A stretch of DNA of 64,000 bases from Escherichia coli (lineage in GTDB: Bacteria; Pseudomonadota; Gammaproteobacteria; Enterobacterales; Enterobacteriaceae): assembly GCF_003334305.1 (NCBI RefSeq), contig NZ_QOWS01000010.1; one strand, 5' to 3'. Below the pieces are notes generated by a model. The model was not told the DNA's origin, made no database searches, and saw only the letters and a list, made by a program, of their open reading frames with translations. The number at the start of each line of letters is the position of its first letter. Position 1 is the first letter of the stretch. Below are positions 24,225 to 38,643 of the stretch, piece by piece. A program made the position numbers and the translations under genes.

Positions 24225-25445
24225 TTAGCTCAAGGTATGGGTTACTTCCTGAATTTTGTCACCATCCAGCTCATGTTCAAAGCTGCGCAGACGTTTGTAG
24301 ATAGACATCAACTCAACCAGTGTGGTCCATGAGTTAATCAGGTACTGGAAAGCACCGCGAACCTGACCAAAAACGTTGGTAATCTGCGTCATCAGGCCGA
24401 GCGTAATCGTACCGGCAACAATTGACGGAAACAGCAAGAACAAACCGAAAACGTTATCGACCTGCAAATAGAGAATGCGGGCGATGTTGAAATACATATA
24501 GTGAAAATAGAGGCGAAAATAGTTTTTCCGTACGGCGCTAAACAGCTCGCGTACCGTAGGCGGCGTCGCGCGCGTGGCATCGTCTTCACCATAAACCAGC
24601 TCTTTACGGTAGGCGGCCTCTACTCGCTGGTTTTTAAACTCCAGCCCCGGCAGTTTGATCCCTACCACTGCCAGCAATCCGGTCCCCATCAGCGACCAGA
24701 CGATAGCGGCAATCACCAGACCATACGGAATGTGCCCGACAATTGGCAGCTCCGGCACATGTGCGGAGAGCGTTACCAGCACCGGCAGGAAGGCGATCAA
24801 CGTCATGATGGCGTTGATAAAACTGACGCCCATATTCTCCAGCGTTGAAGCAAAACGCATGGTGTCTTCCTGCACACGCTGTGCGGCCCCTTCGATATGA
24901 CGCAGTTGTTGCCAGTTCGCCATGTAATATTCGTTCATCGCCGTACGCCAGCGGAACACGTAGTGACTGACAAAGAAGTTGTTCAGTACACTGATCACCA
25001 CCGCGATCAGCGCAATCCCCAGAAAGACGCCCACTTCGCGGTAAAATTGTTCGATAGTGACTTTATGCGGCGAACTTAGCGCGGTTTGAATCAGATCATA
25101 GAACGGTGCATACCAGGCGTTGACGGCGACCCCGACTTCCACCAAAAACCAGGTGACGAAGATGATCAGTGCAGTACCGAGTATTGACCAGTATTGCCAA
25201 CGGTGCGGGCTGTAGATAAACCAGAAAAATGCAAAAAGTCCTACGCAAACAATGTAGTAAGCGTAAAAAATCAGGAAATCCAACGACCAGAAACGCGCGG
25301 CGCTAATCGGGATCTGCCCGGAAGCGCCGGTGATACGCGCCACCCAGTCACCCCCACCGGCTTGCCAGAAGATAACGGCAATCAATGCCCAAACAAAGGC
25401 CGAGAGAAAAAACGTTCCCGGCTTTGGGAAAAAAGACTTAAACAT
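24225..25445 (-). CDS. sbmA: Peptide antibiotic / microcin transporter SbmA
   Basis: 406 codons from ATG at 25443-25445 ([24 protein letters not shown]...), polytopic membrane protein. Confidence 0.9.
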   Translation of the reverse strand: MFKSFFPKPGTFFLSAFVWALIAVIFWQAGGGDWVARITGASGQIPISAARFWSLDFLIFYAYYIVCVGLFAFFWFIYSPHRWQYWSILGTALIIFVTWFLVEVGVAVNAWYAPFYDLIQTALSSPHKVTIEQFYREVGVFLGIALIAVVISVLNNFFVSHYVFRWRTAMNEYYMANWQQLRHIEGAAQRVQEDTMRFASTLENMGVSFINAIMTLIAFLPVLVTLSAHVPELPIVGHIPYGLVIAAIVWSLMGTGLLAVVGIKLPGLEFKNQRVEAAYRKELVYGEDDATRATPPTVRELFSAVRKNYFRLYFHYMYFNIARILYLQVDNVFGLFLLFPSIVAGTITLGLMTQITNVFGQVRGAFQYLINSWTTLVELMSIYKRLRSFEHELDGDKIQEVTHTLS

Positions 25446-25796
25446 ATGCACTCCTGCTAACTTCTTATCGTTTTAACAACTGCTGTGTATTAACCGCATG
25501 ACCGCTACAAAGCGTCAGCCAAATGAAACCGCCCATTGTGACCCATAGCAAGGCGCTTAGTTCGCCAGCCTGACCATAAGAATTGTTTCGACGGATTTCA
25601 CAAACCAAAGATTGTTTACATAAGCGGATTAACACGCGCAGGATCACAAATGCAGGCATTGGTGAGCAGGAAAAAGATCGTGTTTACGCGCCGTTACGTT
25701 TTTAACACTATTATTGCACTAATTCGCCCTTTGCAATCCATCAATGAGTAGTATAAATACGCTCAGTTACCTTCATTCAATCTATGGACACCACCG

Positions 25797-26954
25797 TTGA
25801 AACGTAGTCTGCTTTTTTCTGCCGTGCTGTGTGCGGCGTCATTGACCTCCGTCCATGCGGCGCAGCCGATCACTGAACCGGAGTTTGCCTCTGATATTGT
25901 CGATCGTTATGCCGATCATATTTTTTACGGCAGCGGTGCCACGGGGATGGCGCTGGTTGTTATCGACGGTAACCAGCGCGTCTTTCGCAGTTATGGCGAA
26001 ACGCGACCTGGTAATAACGTTCGCCCGCAGCTGGATTCGGTCGTGCGTATTGCTTCCCTCACCAAGCTAATGACCAGTGAAATGCTGGTGAAATTGCTCG
26101 ACCAGGGGACCGTGAAGTTAAACGATCCGCTAAGTAAATATGCTCCGCCAGGCGCACGCGTGCCAACCTACAATGGGACGCCCATTACCCTAGTGAATCT
26201 GGCAACCCATACCAGCGCCCTGCCCCGTGAACAGCCCGGTGGCGCGGCACATCGTCTGGTGTTTGTCTGGCCAACGCGCGAGCAACGCTGGAAATACCTT
26301 TCTACGGCGAAGCTGAAAGCCGCGCCAGGCAGTCAGGCGGCGTACTCTAACCTTGCGTTCGACCTGCTGGCAGATGCACTGGCGAATGCGTCCGGCAAGC
26401 CTTATACCCAGTTGTTTGAAGAGCAGATTACCCGTCCATTGGGGATGAAAGACACCACCTACACCCCCTCACCGGATCAGTGCCGCCGTTTAATGGTTGC
26501 TGAGCGCGGTGCCAGTCCGTGCAATAACACGCTGGCGGCAATTGGCAGCGGCGGCGTCTATTCCACGCCTGGCGATATGATGCGCTGGATGCAGCAGTAT
26601 TTGTCATCTGATTTTTATCAGCGCAGTAACCAGGCAGATCGCATGCAGACGTTGATTTATCAGCGCGCGCAGTTTACGAAAGTGATTGGCATGGATGTCC
26701 CCGGCAAAGCGGATGCGCTTGGTTTAGGCTGGGTATATATGGCCCCGAAAGAGGGTCGTCCGGGGATTATTCAGAAGACAGGCGGTGGTGGCGGTTTCAT
26801 TACCTATATGGCGATGATCCCGCAGAAGAATATTGGCGCGTTTGTGGTGGTCACTCGTTCGCCGTTGACGCGCTTTAAAAATATGAGCGATGGCATCAAT
26901 GATCTGGTGACCGAGCTAAGCGGGAATAAACCGTTGGTTATCCCCGCATCCTGA
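25797..26954 (+). CDS. ampH: Penicillin-binding protein AmpH (class C beta-lactamase fold)
   Basis: 385-aa ORF, signal peptide, SxxK motif (SLTK). Confidence 0.93.
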   Translation: MKRSLLFSAVLCAASLTSVHAAQPITEPEFASDIVDRYADHIFYGSGATGMALVVIDGNQRVFRSYGETRPGNNVRPQLDSVVRIASLTKLMTSEMLVKLLDQGTVKLNDPLSKYAPPGARVPTYNGTPITLVNLATHTSALPREQPGGAAHRLVFVWPTREQRWKYLSTAKLKAAPGSQAAYSNLAFDLLADALANASGKPYTQLFEEQITRPLGMKDTTYTPSPDQCRRLMVAERGASPCNNTLAAIGSGGVYSTPGDMMRWMQQYLSSDFYQRSNQADRMQTLIYQRAQFTKVIGMDVPGKADALGLGWVYMAPKEGRPGIIQKTGGGGGFITYMAMIPQKNIGAFVVVTRSPLTRFKNMSDGINDLVTELSGNKPLVIPAS

Positions 26955-30572
<3,618 letters not shown>

Positions 30573-31095
30573 TTGTCATCCCTCCTCAGGGACGTAATAA
30601 GTTGATCCATCAATTATCAATGCATAGAAAACATATTATGTTTCGCGCTAACGATTATGCTGCGTTACAGACGAATGGTTCAATTATTCTTTCCCCTAAG
30701 TCCGAATGTGGACATATATAATTTATGGAGAAAAACACGCATCAAATTGATAAAAGGACGATATTTCAACATGTTGCAGATAATGTTATTTTTGATACAT
30801 ACGCGTTATAAATATCAAAAACACAAACCAGATAAATATCTTATCAATATACAACAAAGTTTGAATAATTCAATTTATAGCAGCACAACCAAACGCCAAA
30901 AAATAATAACCAAGAGCTATAAATAAAGATTAAAAATATTTTCAGTGAATATGAAATTATTGCTATTTCTATTACAAAGATGTCCTGGCCTCTCTTCCAT
31001 TCTCTTCTTGTCAACATCGCGACAACTTTCGTAAAACACTCCTGCCCCGCTTCAGGTATACTGTGCACCTTAATTCCACAAACATCAGGCAGACC

Positions 31096-32070
31096 ATGAC
31101 AGACTTAATCCAACGCCCTCGTCGCCTGCGCAAATCTCCTGCGCTGCGCGCTATGTTTGAAGAGACAACACTTAGCCTTAACGACCTGGTGTTGCCGATC
31201 TTTGTTGAAGAAGAAATTGACGACTACAAAGCCGTTGAAGCCATGCCAGGCGTGATGCGCATTCCAGAGAAACATCTGGCACGCGAAATTGAACGCATCG
31301 CCAACGCCGGTATCCGTTCCGTAATGACTTTTGGCATCTCTCACCATACCGATGAAACCGGCAGCGACGCCTGGCGGGAAGATGGACTGGTGGCGCGTAT
31401 GTCGCGCATCTGCAAGCAGACTGTGCCAGAAATGATCGTCATGTCAGACACTTGTTTCTGTGAATACACTTCTCACGGTCACTGCGGTGTGCTGTGCGAG
31501 CATGGCGTCGACAACGACGCGACTCTGGAAAATTTAGGCAAGCAAGCCGTGGTTGCAGCTGCTGCAGGCGCAGACTTCATCGCCCCTTCCGCCGCGATGG
31601 ACGGCCAGGTACAGGCGATTCGTCAGGCGCTGGACGCTGCAGGCTTTAAAGATACGGCGATTATGTCGTATTCGACCAAGTTCGCCTCTTCCTTTTATGG
31701 CCCGTTCCGTGAAGCTGCCGGAAGCGCATTAAAAGGCGACCGCAAAAGCTATCAGATGAACCCAATGAACCGTCGCGAGGCGATTCGTGAGTCACTGCTG
31801 GATGAAGCCCAGGGCGCAGACTGCCTGATGGTTAAACCTGCTGGAGCGTACCTCGACATCGTGCGTGAGCTGCGTGAACGTACTGAATTGCCGATTGGCG
31901 CGTATCAGGTGAGCGGTGAGTACGCGATGATTAAGTTCGCCGCGCTGGCGGGTGCTATAGATGAAGAGAAAGTCGTGCTCGAAAGCTTAGGTTCAATTAA
32001 GCGTGCGGGTGCGGATCTGATTTTCAGCTACTTTGCGCTGGATTTGGCTGAGAAGAAGATTCTGCGTTAA
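31096..32070 (+). CDS. hemB: Porphobilinogen synthase (delta-aminolevulinate dehydratase)
   Basis: 324 codons from ATG 31096 ([23 protein letters not shown]...). Confidence 0.95.
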
Positions 32071-32175
32071 TTTTTTTCCTCTCAGAAAGGGGGAGTTAAC
32101 CTGTTGAAAGTACGGTGAACGCCCCCTCACCCTAACCCTCTCCCCAAGGGGGCGAGGGAACCGTCCGCACTCGTA

Positions 32176-33027
32176 TCACCCCGCCCGATAAAACGGTTTA
32201 TCCCCAAGGATCGTCGCCCGATGCATAATCCGCCGCTGTGGCAGGTAATCGGCATTGGCATAGTGCTGAGTCACGCGGTTATCCCAAATCGCAATATCAT
32301 TCGGTTGCCAGCGCCAACGCACCTGAAACTCCGGTTTAGTGATATGGGCGAATAAAAAGCCTAACAAGGCTTCGCTCTCTTTCTCGCTGACATCGACAAT
32401 TCGCGTAGTAAAGCCTTCATTCACAAACAGCGCCTGTTTACCGCTCACAGGATGCGTTCGCACCACCGGATGTAGCAACGGAGGATTTTTCGCGACCGCC
32501 TCGCGCCAGCGTTGATGTTCCTCCTCGGTTTTGCGGTATTTGTATTCCGGGAACGATTTACGGAAATCATGCTCCGCACGCAGCCCGCTCAGCAGCTGGC
32601 GGAAGGGAACAGAGAGCGCCTCATAGGCCGCAATACCGCTGGTCCAGAGCGTATCACCGCCGGTCGAAGGTAACTCTTTAGCTGCCAGAATCGCCCCTGC
32701 GGGTGGCGTTTCAATAAATGTCACATCGGTATGCCAGTTGTCGTTATCCGGCGGATTATCGTTATGGGTATCCAGCACGATGATCTCGTCAACCCCTTCG
32801 GCATGAGGGTAAACAGGGTGAATATGCAGTTCGCCAAAACGCTGGGCCAGCGCGCGTTGCTGCTGCGGCGTAATAGTTTGATCGCGCAGAAACACCACCT
32901 GATGGCGCAGCACCGCATGGTAAAGCTGTTCAAACTGATTATCGCTTAACGGGCGCGTCAGGTCGGCACCCGAAATTTGTGCGCCGATATACGGCCCCAG
33001 CGGGGTAATGCTCAGACGTTCACTCAT
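32176..33027 (-). CDS. tauD: Taurine dioxygenase (alpha-ketoglutarate dependent)
   Basis: 283-aa ORF recognised as TauD. Confidence 0.95.
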   Translation of the reverse strand: MSERLSITPLGPYIGAQISGADLTRPLSDNQFEQLYHAVLRHQVVFLRDQTITPQQQRALAQRFGELHIHPVYPHAEGVDEIIVLDTHNDNPPDNDNWHTDVTFIETPPAGAILAAKELPSTGGDTLWTSGIAAYEALSVPFRQLLSGLRAEHDFRKSFPEYKYRKTEEEHQRWREAVAKNPPLLHPVVRTHPVSGKQALFVNEGFTTRIVDVSEKESEALLGFLFAHITKPEFQVRWRWQPNDIAIWDNRVTQHYANADYLPQRRIMHRATILGDKPFYRAG

Positions 33028-33851
33028 TGTACTTCTCCATGCCAGGGCGTCAGACGGCGCTGTAACGCGCGCAAACCCAGTTCTAAAAGAAAGGCGATAA
33101 TCGCAATCACCGCGATTCCCGCCAGCACCACGTCAGTCGCGAGAAATTCACCCGCTGACTGAACCATAAATCCTAAACCGCGCGTCGCGGCAATCAGCTC
33201 CGCCGCTACCAGCGTAGACCAGCCCACACCCAGACCAATGCGTAATCCGGTGAGGATTTCCGGCAGCGCGCCGGGCAAAATGACAAACCACAGCACCTGC
33301 GCACGGCTGGCACCCAGCGACTGGGCGGCACGAATGCGAACCTGCTGCGCGCTTTTCACCCCCGCCAGCGCCGACATCGCCACCGGTGCAAAAATCGCTA
33401 AATAGATCAGTAAGATCTTCGAGGTTTCACCAATACCAAACCAGATCACCATCAGCGGCAAATAAGCCAGCGGCGGCACCGGACGATAAAGTTCGATTAC
33501 CGGATCCAGAATGCCGCGCACCGTCGGGCTTAGCCCCATGGCGATCCCGACCGGAATACCGATCACCACCGCCGCGAGTAGCGCCAGCACAATGCGCGTC
33601 AGGCTGGCTGCCAGATGCTGCCACAGCGTGGCGTCCATAAATCCCTGCGGTCCGGCAATGGTGAGCAGTTTTGCCAGTACTTGTTGCGGCGGCGGCAAAA
33701 ACAGCGGGCTAATCAGTTGCAGCGCCGCCACCGTCCACCATACAGTGAGTAAAACCGCTAACGTGCCAATGCTTAAGGTCACCTGACGCGAGAGCGGCCA
33801 GCGCCATTTCAGCCGCCGCGAATGCAGTTTTTCATTAATGAGCACACTCAT
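33024..33851 (-). CDS. tauC: Taurine ABC transporter permease
   Basis: 275-aa ORF, ABC permease signature; 4-nt overlap with tauD start. Confidence 0.95.
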   Translation of the reverse strand: MSVLINEKLHSRRLKWRWPLSRQVTLSIGTLAVLLTVWWTVAALQLISPLFLPPPQQVLAKLLTIAGPQGFMDATLWQHLAASLTRIVLALLAAVVIGIPVGIAMGLSPTVRGILDPVIELYRPVPPLAYLPLMVIWFGIGETSKILLIYLAIFAPVAMSALAGVKSAQQVRIRAAQSLGASRAQVLWFVILPGALPEILTGLRIGLGVGWSTLVAAELIAATRGLGFMVQSAGEFLATDVVLAGIAVIAIIAFLLELGLRALQRRLTPWHGEVQ

Positions 33852-34615
33852 GAGAACGCCTCCCGTTGCTCAAATACGCGGCTTAAAACATATTCGCGCA
33901 TGGCGATGAATTGTGGATCGGACTTGATGCTGCGGCTCGACTCTCCCGCAACAAAGCGGCGAGCAAAGTTGAGCGGCAGCCGCTCCAGCACACGGCCAGG
34001 GCCGGATGAAAGCAGAACCAGTTCAGTCGCCATAAACACCGCTTCTTCTATATCGTGGGTAATCAACAGCACCTGCTTGCCCGTCTCCTGCCAGAGTTTC
34101 AGCAGCAGAGTTTGCATCTGGTCGCGGGTGAAGGCGTCCAGCGCACCAAACGGTTCGTCGAGTAATAACAGCTGGGGATTCGCCGCCAGCGCGCGGGCAA
34201 TCCCCACCCGCTGACGTTGACCACCGGAAAGCTGCCAGATATAGCGTTTTTCTGCGCCTTCCAGCCCCACTTTTTTCAGCATCTGGTGCGCGATTTCCAG
34301 TCGCTGCATTTTCTCTATACCTGCCAATTGCAGGCCGAACGCCACGTTGTCCTGTACATTGCGCCACGGTAGTAGCCCTTCATTCTGAAAAACCACCCCG
34401 CGCTCTGCTCCCGGTCCCTCAATACGCTTACCCGCCAGTTGAATGCTGCCATGCTGATAAGGCACAAAACCGGCAATCAGATTCAGCAACGTGGTTTTAC
34501 CGCAGCCGGACGGCCCCAGCACCACCAGTAGCTCGCCGCTTTCCAGCGTCAGGTTGATATCTTCCAGTGCCGGTTTGCCGCCATAATCGGCATAGAGATG
34601 AGAGATTTGCAGCAT
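33848..34615 (-). CDS. tauB: Taurine ABC transporter ATP-binding protein
   Basis: 255-aa ORF, Walker [18 protein letters not shown] signature. Confidence 0.95.
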   Translation of the reverse strand: MLQISHLYADYGGKPALEDINLTLESGELLVVLGPSGCGKTTLLNLIAGFVPYQHGSIQLAGKRIEGPGAERGVVFQNEGLLPWRNVQDNVAFGLQLAGIEKMQRLEIAHQMLKKVGLEGAEKRYIWQLSGGQRQRVGIARALAANPQLLLLDEPFGALDAFTRDQMQTLLLKLWQETGKQVLLITHDIEEAVFMATELVLLSSGPGRVLERLPLNFARRFVAGESSRSIKSDPQFIAMREYVLSRVFEQREAFS

Positions 34616-34627
34616 CTGCGCCTCCTT

Positions 34628-35590
34628 TTATTGCACGAAGCGCGAGGTAACGTACTGGCTGTAATCATTCGCTACAGCCGGGACCTTGCCCTGCTCTTTC
34701 AAAAACTGCGCGGTGTCGATGATTGCTTTGTTCACCGGTCCGGTCAGTTCTGCCGTTTGTTGCTGCGGCGTCAGATAGGTATTTCCCTTCACCAGCCCCG
34801 GAACGTCACCTTCAGGCACGCCGCTTAAACGCGCCAGTTTGCTGATGTTTTCCGGCTGTTTCAGCCACGCGTCTGGGTTAGCAATGTACGGTTGCTGAGC
34901 ATCGATGGCGCTTTTAGCGAACGCTTTCACGACCTCAGGATGTTTCTCGGCAAAATCTTTGCGCACCACCCAGACGTCCAGCGTTGGCGCACCCCACTGC
35001 CCGACCTGTTCAGAATCGGTCAACACCTTGCCGTCTTTTTCCAGGGCGTTAACCGCCGGTGCCCAGACATAAGCACCATCAATATCTCCCCGCTGCCAGG
35101 CAGCGATAATCGCGGGCGGCTGCAGGTTCACAATCTCCACTTGCCCGGGTTTAATCCCCCAGTGTTTCAGCGCCGCCAGCAGGCTGTAGTGGGTGGTGGA
35201 GATAAACGGTACGGCGATGCGTTTGCCAATCAGATCTTCCGGTTTGCTGATAGTTTTCTTTACCACCAGCGCTTCGGAGTTACCCAGTTTTGACGCCAGC
35301 AAGAAGACTTCAATCGGCACCTGTTGGCTGGCTGCAACCGCTAATGGGCTGGAACCGAGGTTGCCGATTTGCACGTCGCCAGAAGCCAGCGCCCGCACGA
35401 TGCTGGCTCCGCTGTCAAACTTACGCCAGTCCACGGTTGCTCCGCTTTCTTTAGCAAAGGTGTTGTCGGCCTGAGCCACTTTCGCCGGTTCGGCTGAGGT
35501 TTGATACGCCACGGTGACGTTCACCGCCTGTGCCTGAAAAGCGATGAATGCCAGTGCGGCAAGAAGTGTGTTACGCGATGAAATTGCCAT
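34628..35590 (-). CDS. tauA: Taurine ABC transporter periplasmic binding protein
   Basis: 320 codons from ATG at 35588-35590 (MAISSRNTLLAALAFIAFQAQA signal peptide); GGGGAG-like SD upstream. Confidence 0.9.
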   Translation of the reverse strand: MAISSRNTLLAALAFIAFQAQAVNVTVAYQTSAEPAKVAQADNTFAKESGATVDWRKFDSGASIVRALASGDVQIGNLGSSPLAVAASQQVPIEVFLLASKLGNSEALVVKKTISKPEDLIGKRIAVPFISTTHYSLLAALKHWGIKPGQVEIVNLQPPAIIAAWQRGDIDGAYVWAPAVNALEKDGKVLTDSEQVGQWGAPTLDVWVVRKDFAEKHPEVVKAFAKSAIDAQQPYIANPDAWLKQPENISKLARLSGVPEGDVPGLVKGNTYLTPQQQTAELTGPVNKAIIDTAQFLKEQGKVPAVANDYSQYVTSRFVQ

Positions 35591-36205
35591 GATTGTCTGC
35601 TCCCCTGTCTTGTTATGTGAGCAGTATTCAGGAATAAAAACATTCATTAAAAGAATTAGTCGTTATCGCACAGATGATTTTATTCTTAGCAAAAAAACGG
35701 CAAAGGAAAGATTAAATATGCAATTACTCCGTTCTAACAATTGGGAAAATTACTACACTTCATTTTAGTGATGCATAAACAACCACATTACGAGATTTAT
35801 TACTTCATTATTTCTATCAATATCAATACATATAATAAAACTATTATATTCGCATTGTATATATCACTGTATCATTCTCAATCACTCGCATATTACATTC
35901 ACATAATGTATATAAACAATACTTGTTCACAGAACATATTTTTTAAATGCAATTAATTGACAAACTAAATCACATCTAAATACAATGTATAACACAAAAT
36001 AACTATACATACCAAACATACAAACACTTAACATATGAATTGCATAAAAACATTACCCAGTCGAACCTCCGGGTCTGAAAGCCCTTGCTTTTCAGTTATT
36101 AGCAACATTTAACATTTATAAATTAACATCTGGCTGCGCCAGAGATTACGTCTCTGAGTGCATCGTTGTGCTTGTAGTATAATAAATAAAATGGAGTGTC
36201 ATTAA

Positions 36206-36877
36206 GTGGATAAGGTTTTAGATTCAGCCCTCCTTTCTTCGGCAAATAAAAGAAAGGGTATCCTTGCTATTGGCGCACATCCTGACGATATAGAATTAGG
36301 CTGTGGCGCATCGCTTGCTCGTCTTGCGCAAAAAGGAATTTATATCGCAGCCGTGGTGATGACTACCGGCAACTCTGGTACAGATGGAATAATCGATCGC
36401 CATGAAGAATCGCGCAACGCCCTAAAGATATTAGGGTGCCACCAAACTATTCATCTTAATTTTGCTGACACCCGCGCTCATTTACAGCTCAATGATATGA
36501 TTTCCGCTCTGGAAGACATCATTAAAAATCAAATTCCTTCTGATGTTGAAATCATGCGGGTATATACCATGCATGATGCCGACCGCCATCAGGATCATCT
36601 CGCTGTTTATCAAGCTTCAATGGTTGCCTGCCGCACTATTCCACAAATTCTCGGCTACGAAACCCCAAGTACCTGGCTTTCATTTATGCCTCAGGTTTTT
36701 GAATCCGTTAAAGAAGAATATTTCACAGTCAAACTTGCTGCATTAAAAAAACATAAAAGCCAGGAACGACGCGATTATATGCGTCATGATCGCCTGCGTG
36801 CAGTTGCACAATTTCGCGGGCAACAGGTCAATAGCGATCTGGGTGAAGGCTTTGTAATTCATAAAATGATTCTTTGA
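36206..36877 (+). CDS. yaiS: PIG-L/LmbE family N-acetylglucosaminyl deacetylase-like protein YaiS
   Basis: 223 codons from GTG 36206 (GGAG 9 nt upstream); AHPDD motif near N-terminus and HQDH motif typical of LmbE-like zinc deacetylases. Confidence 0.8.
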   Translation: MDKVLDSALLSSANKRKGILAIGAHPDDIELGCGASLARLAQKGIYIAAVVMTTGNSGTDGIIDRHEESRNALKILGCHQTIHLNFADTRAHLQLNDMISALEDIIKNQIPSDVEIMRVYTMHDADRHQDHLAVYQASMVACRTIPQILGYETPSTWLSFMPQVFESVKEEYFTVKLAALKKHKSQERRDYMRHDRLRAVAQFRGQQVNSDLGEGFVIHKMIL

Positions 36878-36886
36878 GCAAATTGC

Positions 36887-38083
36887 ATGAAAACCTGGAT
36901 ATTTATCTGTATGTCCATAGCAATGTTGCTATGGTTTTTAAGTACGCTAAGACGTAAACCCAGTCAAAAGAAAGGCTGTATTGACGCCATTATACCTGCG
37001 TATAACGAAGGCCCGTGTCTGGCGCAGTCACTGGATAATCTACTGCGTAACCCTTATTTTTGCCGGGTAATTTGCGTTAACGACGGCTCCACGGACAATA
37101 CCGAAGCGGTCATGGCGGAAGTCAAACGCAAATGGGGCGACCGCTTTGTTGCCGTCACGCAAAAAAATACCGGTAAAGGTGGTGCGCTGATGAATGGCCT
37201 CAATTATGCCACCTGCGACCAGGTTTTTTTAAGTGATGCCGACACCTATGTTCCGCCCGATCAAGACGGAATGGGCTATATGCTGGCAGAAATTGAGCGC
37301 GGTGCTGATGCCGTAGGCGGCATTCCCTCTACTGCGTTGAAAGGCGCGGGGCTGTTACCGCACATCCGCGCGACCGTAAAGTTGCCGATGATTGTTATGA
37401 AGCGCACGCTACAGCAGCTCCTGGGCGGCGCACCGTTTATTATCAGCGGTGCCTGCGGAATGTTCCGCACTGATGTATTGCGTAAGTTCGGTTTCTCAGA
37501 TCGTACTAAAGTCGAAGACCTTGATCTCACCTGGACATTAGTGGCAAACGGCTACCGTATTCGGCAGGCGAATCGCTGCATCGTATACCCACAGGAATGC
37601 AACAGCCCGCGTGAGGAGTGGCGTCGCTGGCGGCGTTGGATTGTGGGATACGCGGTCTGTATGCGCCTGCATAAAAGACTTTTATTTAGCCGCTTCGGTA
37701 TCTTCAGTATATTTCCTATGCTGTTGGTTGTGATTTATGGCGTTGGGATTTATCTCACTACCTGGTTTAATGAATTCATCACCACCGGGCCGCATGGTGT
37801 GGTGTTGGCAATGTTTCCGCTTATCTGGATCGGCGTAGTTTGTGTTATTGGTGCTTTTAGCGCCTGGTTTCATCGTTGCTGGTTGTTGGTGCCTTTAGCG
37901 CCGCTTTCCGTTGTGTATGTATTATTAGCTTATGCCATCTGGATTATTTATGGACTTATTGCCTTTTTTACTGGACGCGAACCTCAGCGCGACAAACCCA
38001 CCCGCTATTCCGCACTGGTGGAAGCGTCAACCGCTTATTCCCAACCTTCTGTCACAGGAACTGAAAAACTATCTGAAGCTTAA
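36887..38083 (+). CDS. yaiP: Membrane-anchored family 2 glycosyltransferase YaiP
   Basis: 398-aa ORF; N-terminal TM helix, GT2 core (IIPAYNEG, DAD), RRWRRW motif, several C-terminal hydrophobic helices. Confidence 0.85.
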   Translation: MKTWIFICMSIAMLLWFLSTLRRKPSQKKGCIDAIIPAYNEGPCLAQSLDNLLRNPYFCRVICVNDGSTDNTEAVMAEVKRKWGDRFVAVTQKNTGKGGALMNGLNYATCDQVFLSDADTYVPPDQDGMGYMLAEIERGADAVGGIPSTALKGAGLLPHIRATVKLPMIVMKRTLQQLLGGAPFIISGACGMFRTDVLRKFGFSDRTKVEDLDLTWTLVANGYRIRQANRCIVYPQECNSPREEWRRWRRWIVGYAVCMRLHKRLLFSRFGIFSIFPMLLVVIYGVGIYLTTWFNEFITTGPHGVVLAMFPLIWIGVVCVIGAFSAWFHRCWLLVPLAPLSVVYVLLAYAIWIIYGLIAFFTGREPQRDKPTRYSALVEASTAYSQPSVTGTEKLSEA

Positions 38084-38642
38084 TGTTAAAGAGAAAAATA
38101 TTCAGATTGCAGACCAGGTAATTATTGATGAAACTGCAGGTGAAGTTGTTATCGGCGCGAATACCCGTATTTGTCATGGTGCCGTTATTCAGGGTCCGGT
38201 AGTAATTGGCGCAAACTGCCTGATAGGTAATTATGCGTTTATTCGTCCTGGCACAATAATCAGCAATGGTGTAAAAATTGGTTTTGCCACCGAAATTAAA
38301 AATGCGGTTATTGAAGCGGAAGCAACGATTGGTCCGCAATGTTTTATTGCCGACTCGGTAGTTGCAAACCAGGCATATTTGGGCGCACAAGTACGTACCA
38401 GTAATCATCGTCTGGATGAACAGCCTGTGTCTGTTCGAACTCCAGAGGGAATTATCGCTACCGGATGCGATAAATTAGGTTGTTATATCGGGCAGCGTTC
38501 ACGCCTTGGCGTACAAGTTATAATTTTGCCTGGGCGAATTATTTCCCCGAACACGCAACTTGGCCCGCGCGTGATTGTAGAACGTAATTTACCTGCCGGA
38601 ACTTATTCACTCCGACAAGAACTTATCCGTACAGGAGATTAA
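37932..38642 (+). CDS. yaiX: Hexapeptide-repeat (left-handed beta-helix) acyl/acetyltransferase YaiX; start uncertain
   Basis: Repeated [LIV]GxxxxI hexapeptides (IGANTRICHGAVIQGPVVIGANCLIGNYAFIRPG...); frame overlaps yaiP 3' end by 152 nt and no ATG/GTG/TTG lies in frame downstream of the yaiP stop. Confidence 0.65.
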   Translation: MPSGLFMDLLPFLLDANLSATNPPAIPHWWKRQPLIPNLLSQELKNYLKLNVKEKNIQIADQVIIDETAGEVVIGANTRICHGAVIQGPVVIGANCLIGNYAFIRPGTIISNGVKIGFATEIKNAVIEAEATIGPQCFIADSVVANQAYLGAQVRTSNHRLDEQPVSVRTPEGIIATGCDKLGCYIGQRSRLGVQVIILPGRIISPNTQLGPRVIVERNLPAGTYSLRQELIRTGD

Positions 38643-38643
38643 A

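Noticed and set aside
25465-25659. 64-aa ORF just upstream of sbmA
   Set aside because: No RBS, overlaps the likely sbmA promoter region; no protein-like features.
30573-31095. Short overlapping ORFs in the AT-rich yaiT-hemB intergenic region
   Set aside because: Very AT-rich promoter DNA; ORFs are short, overlapping, Ile/Lys/Asn/Tyr-rich and lack RBS.
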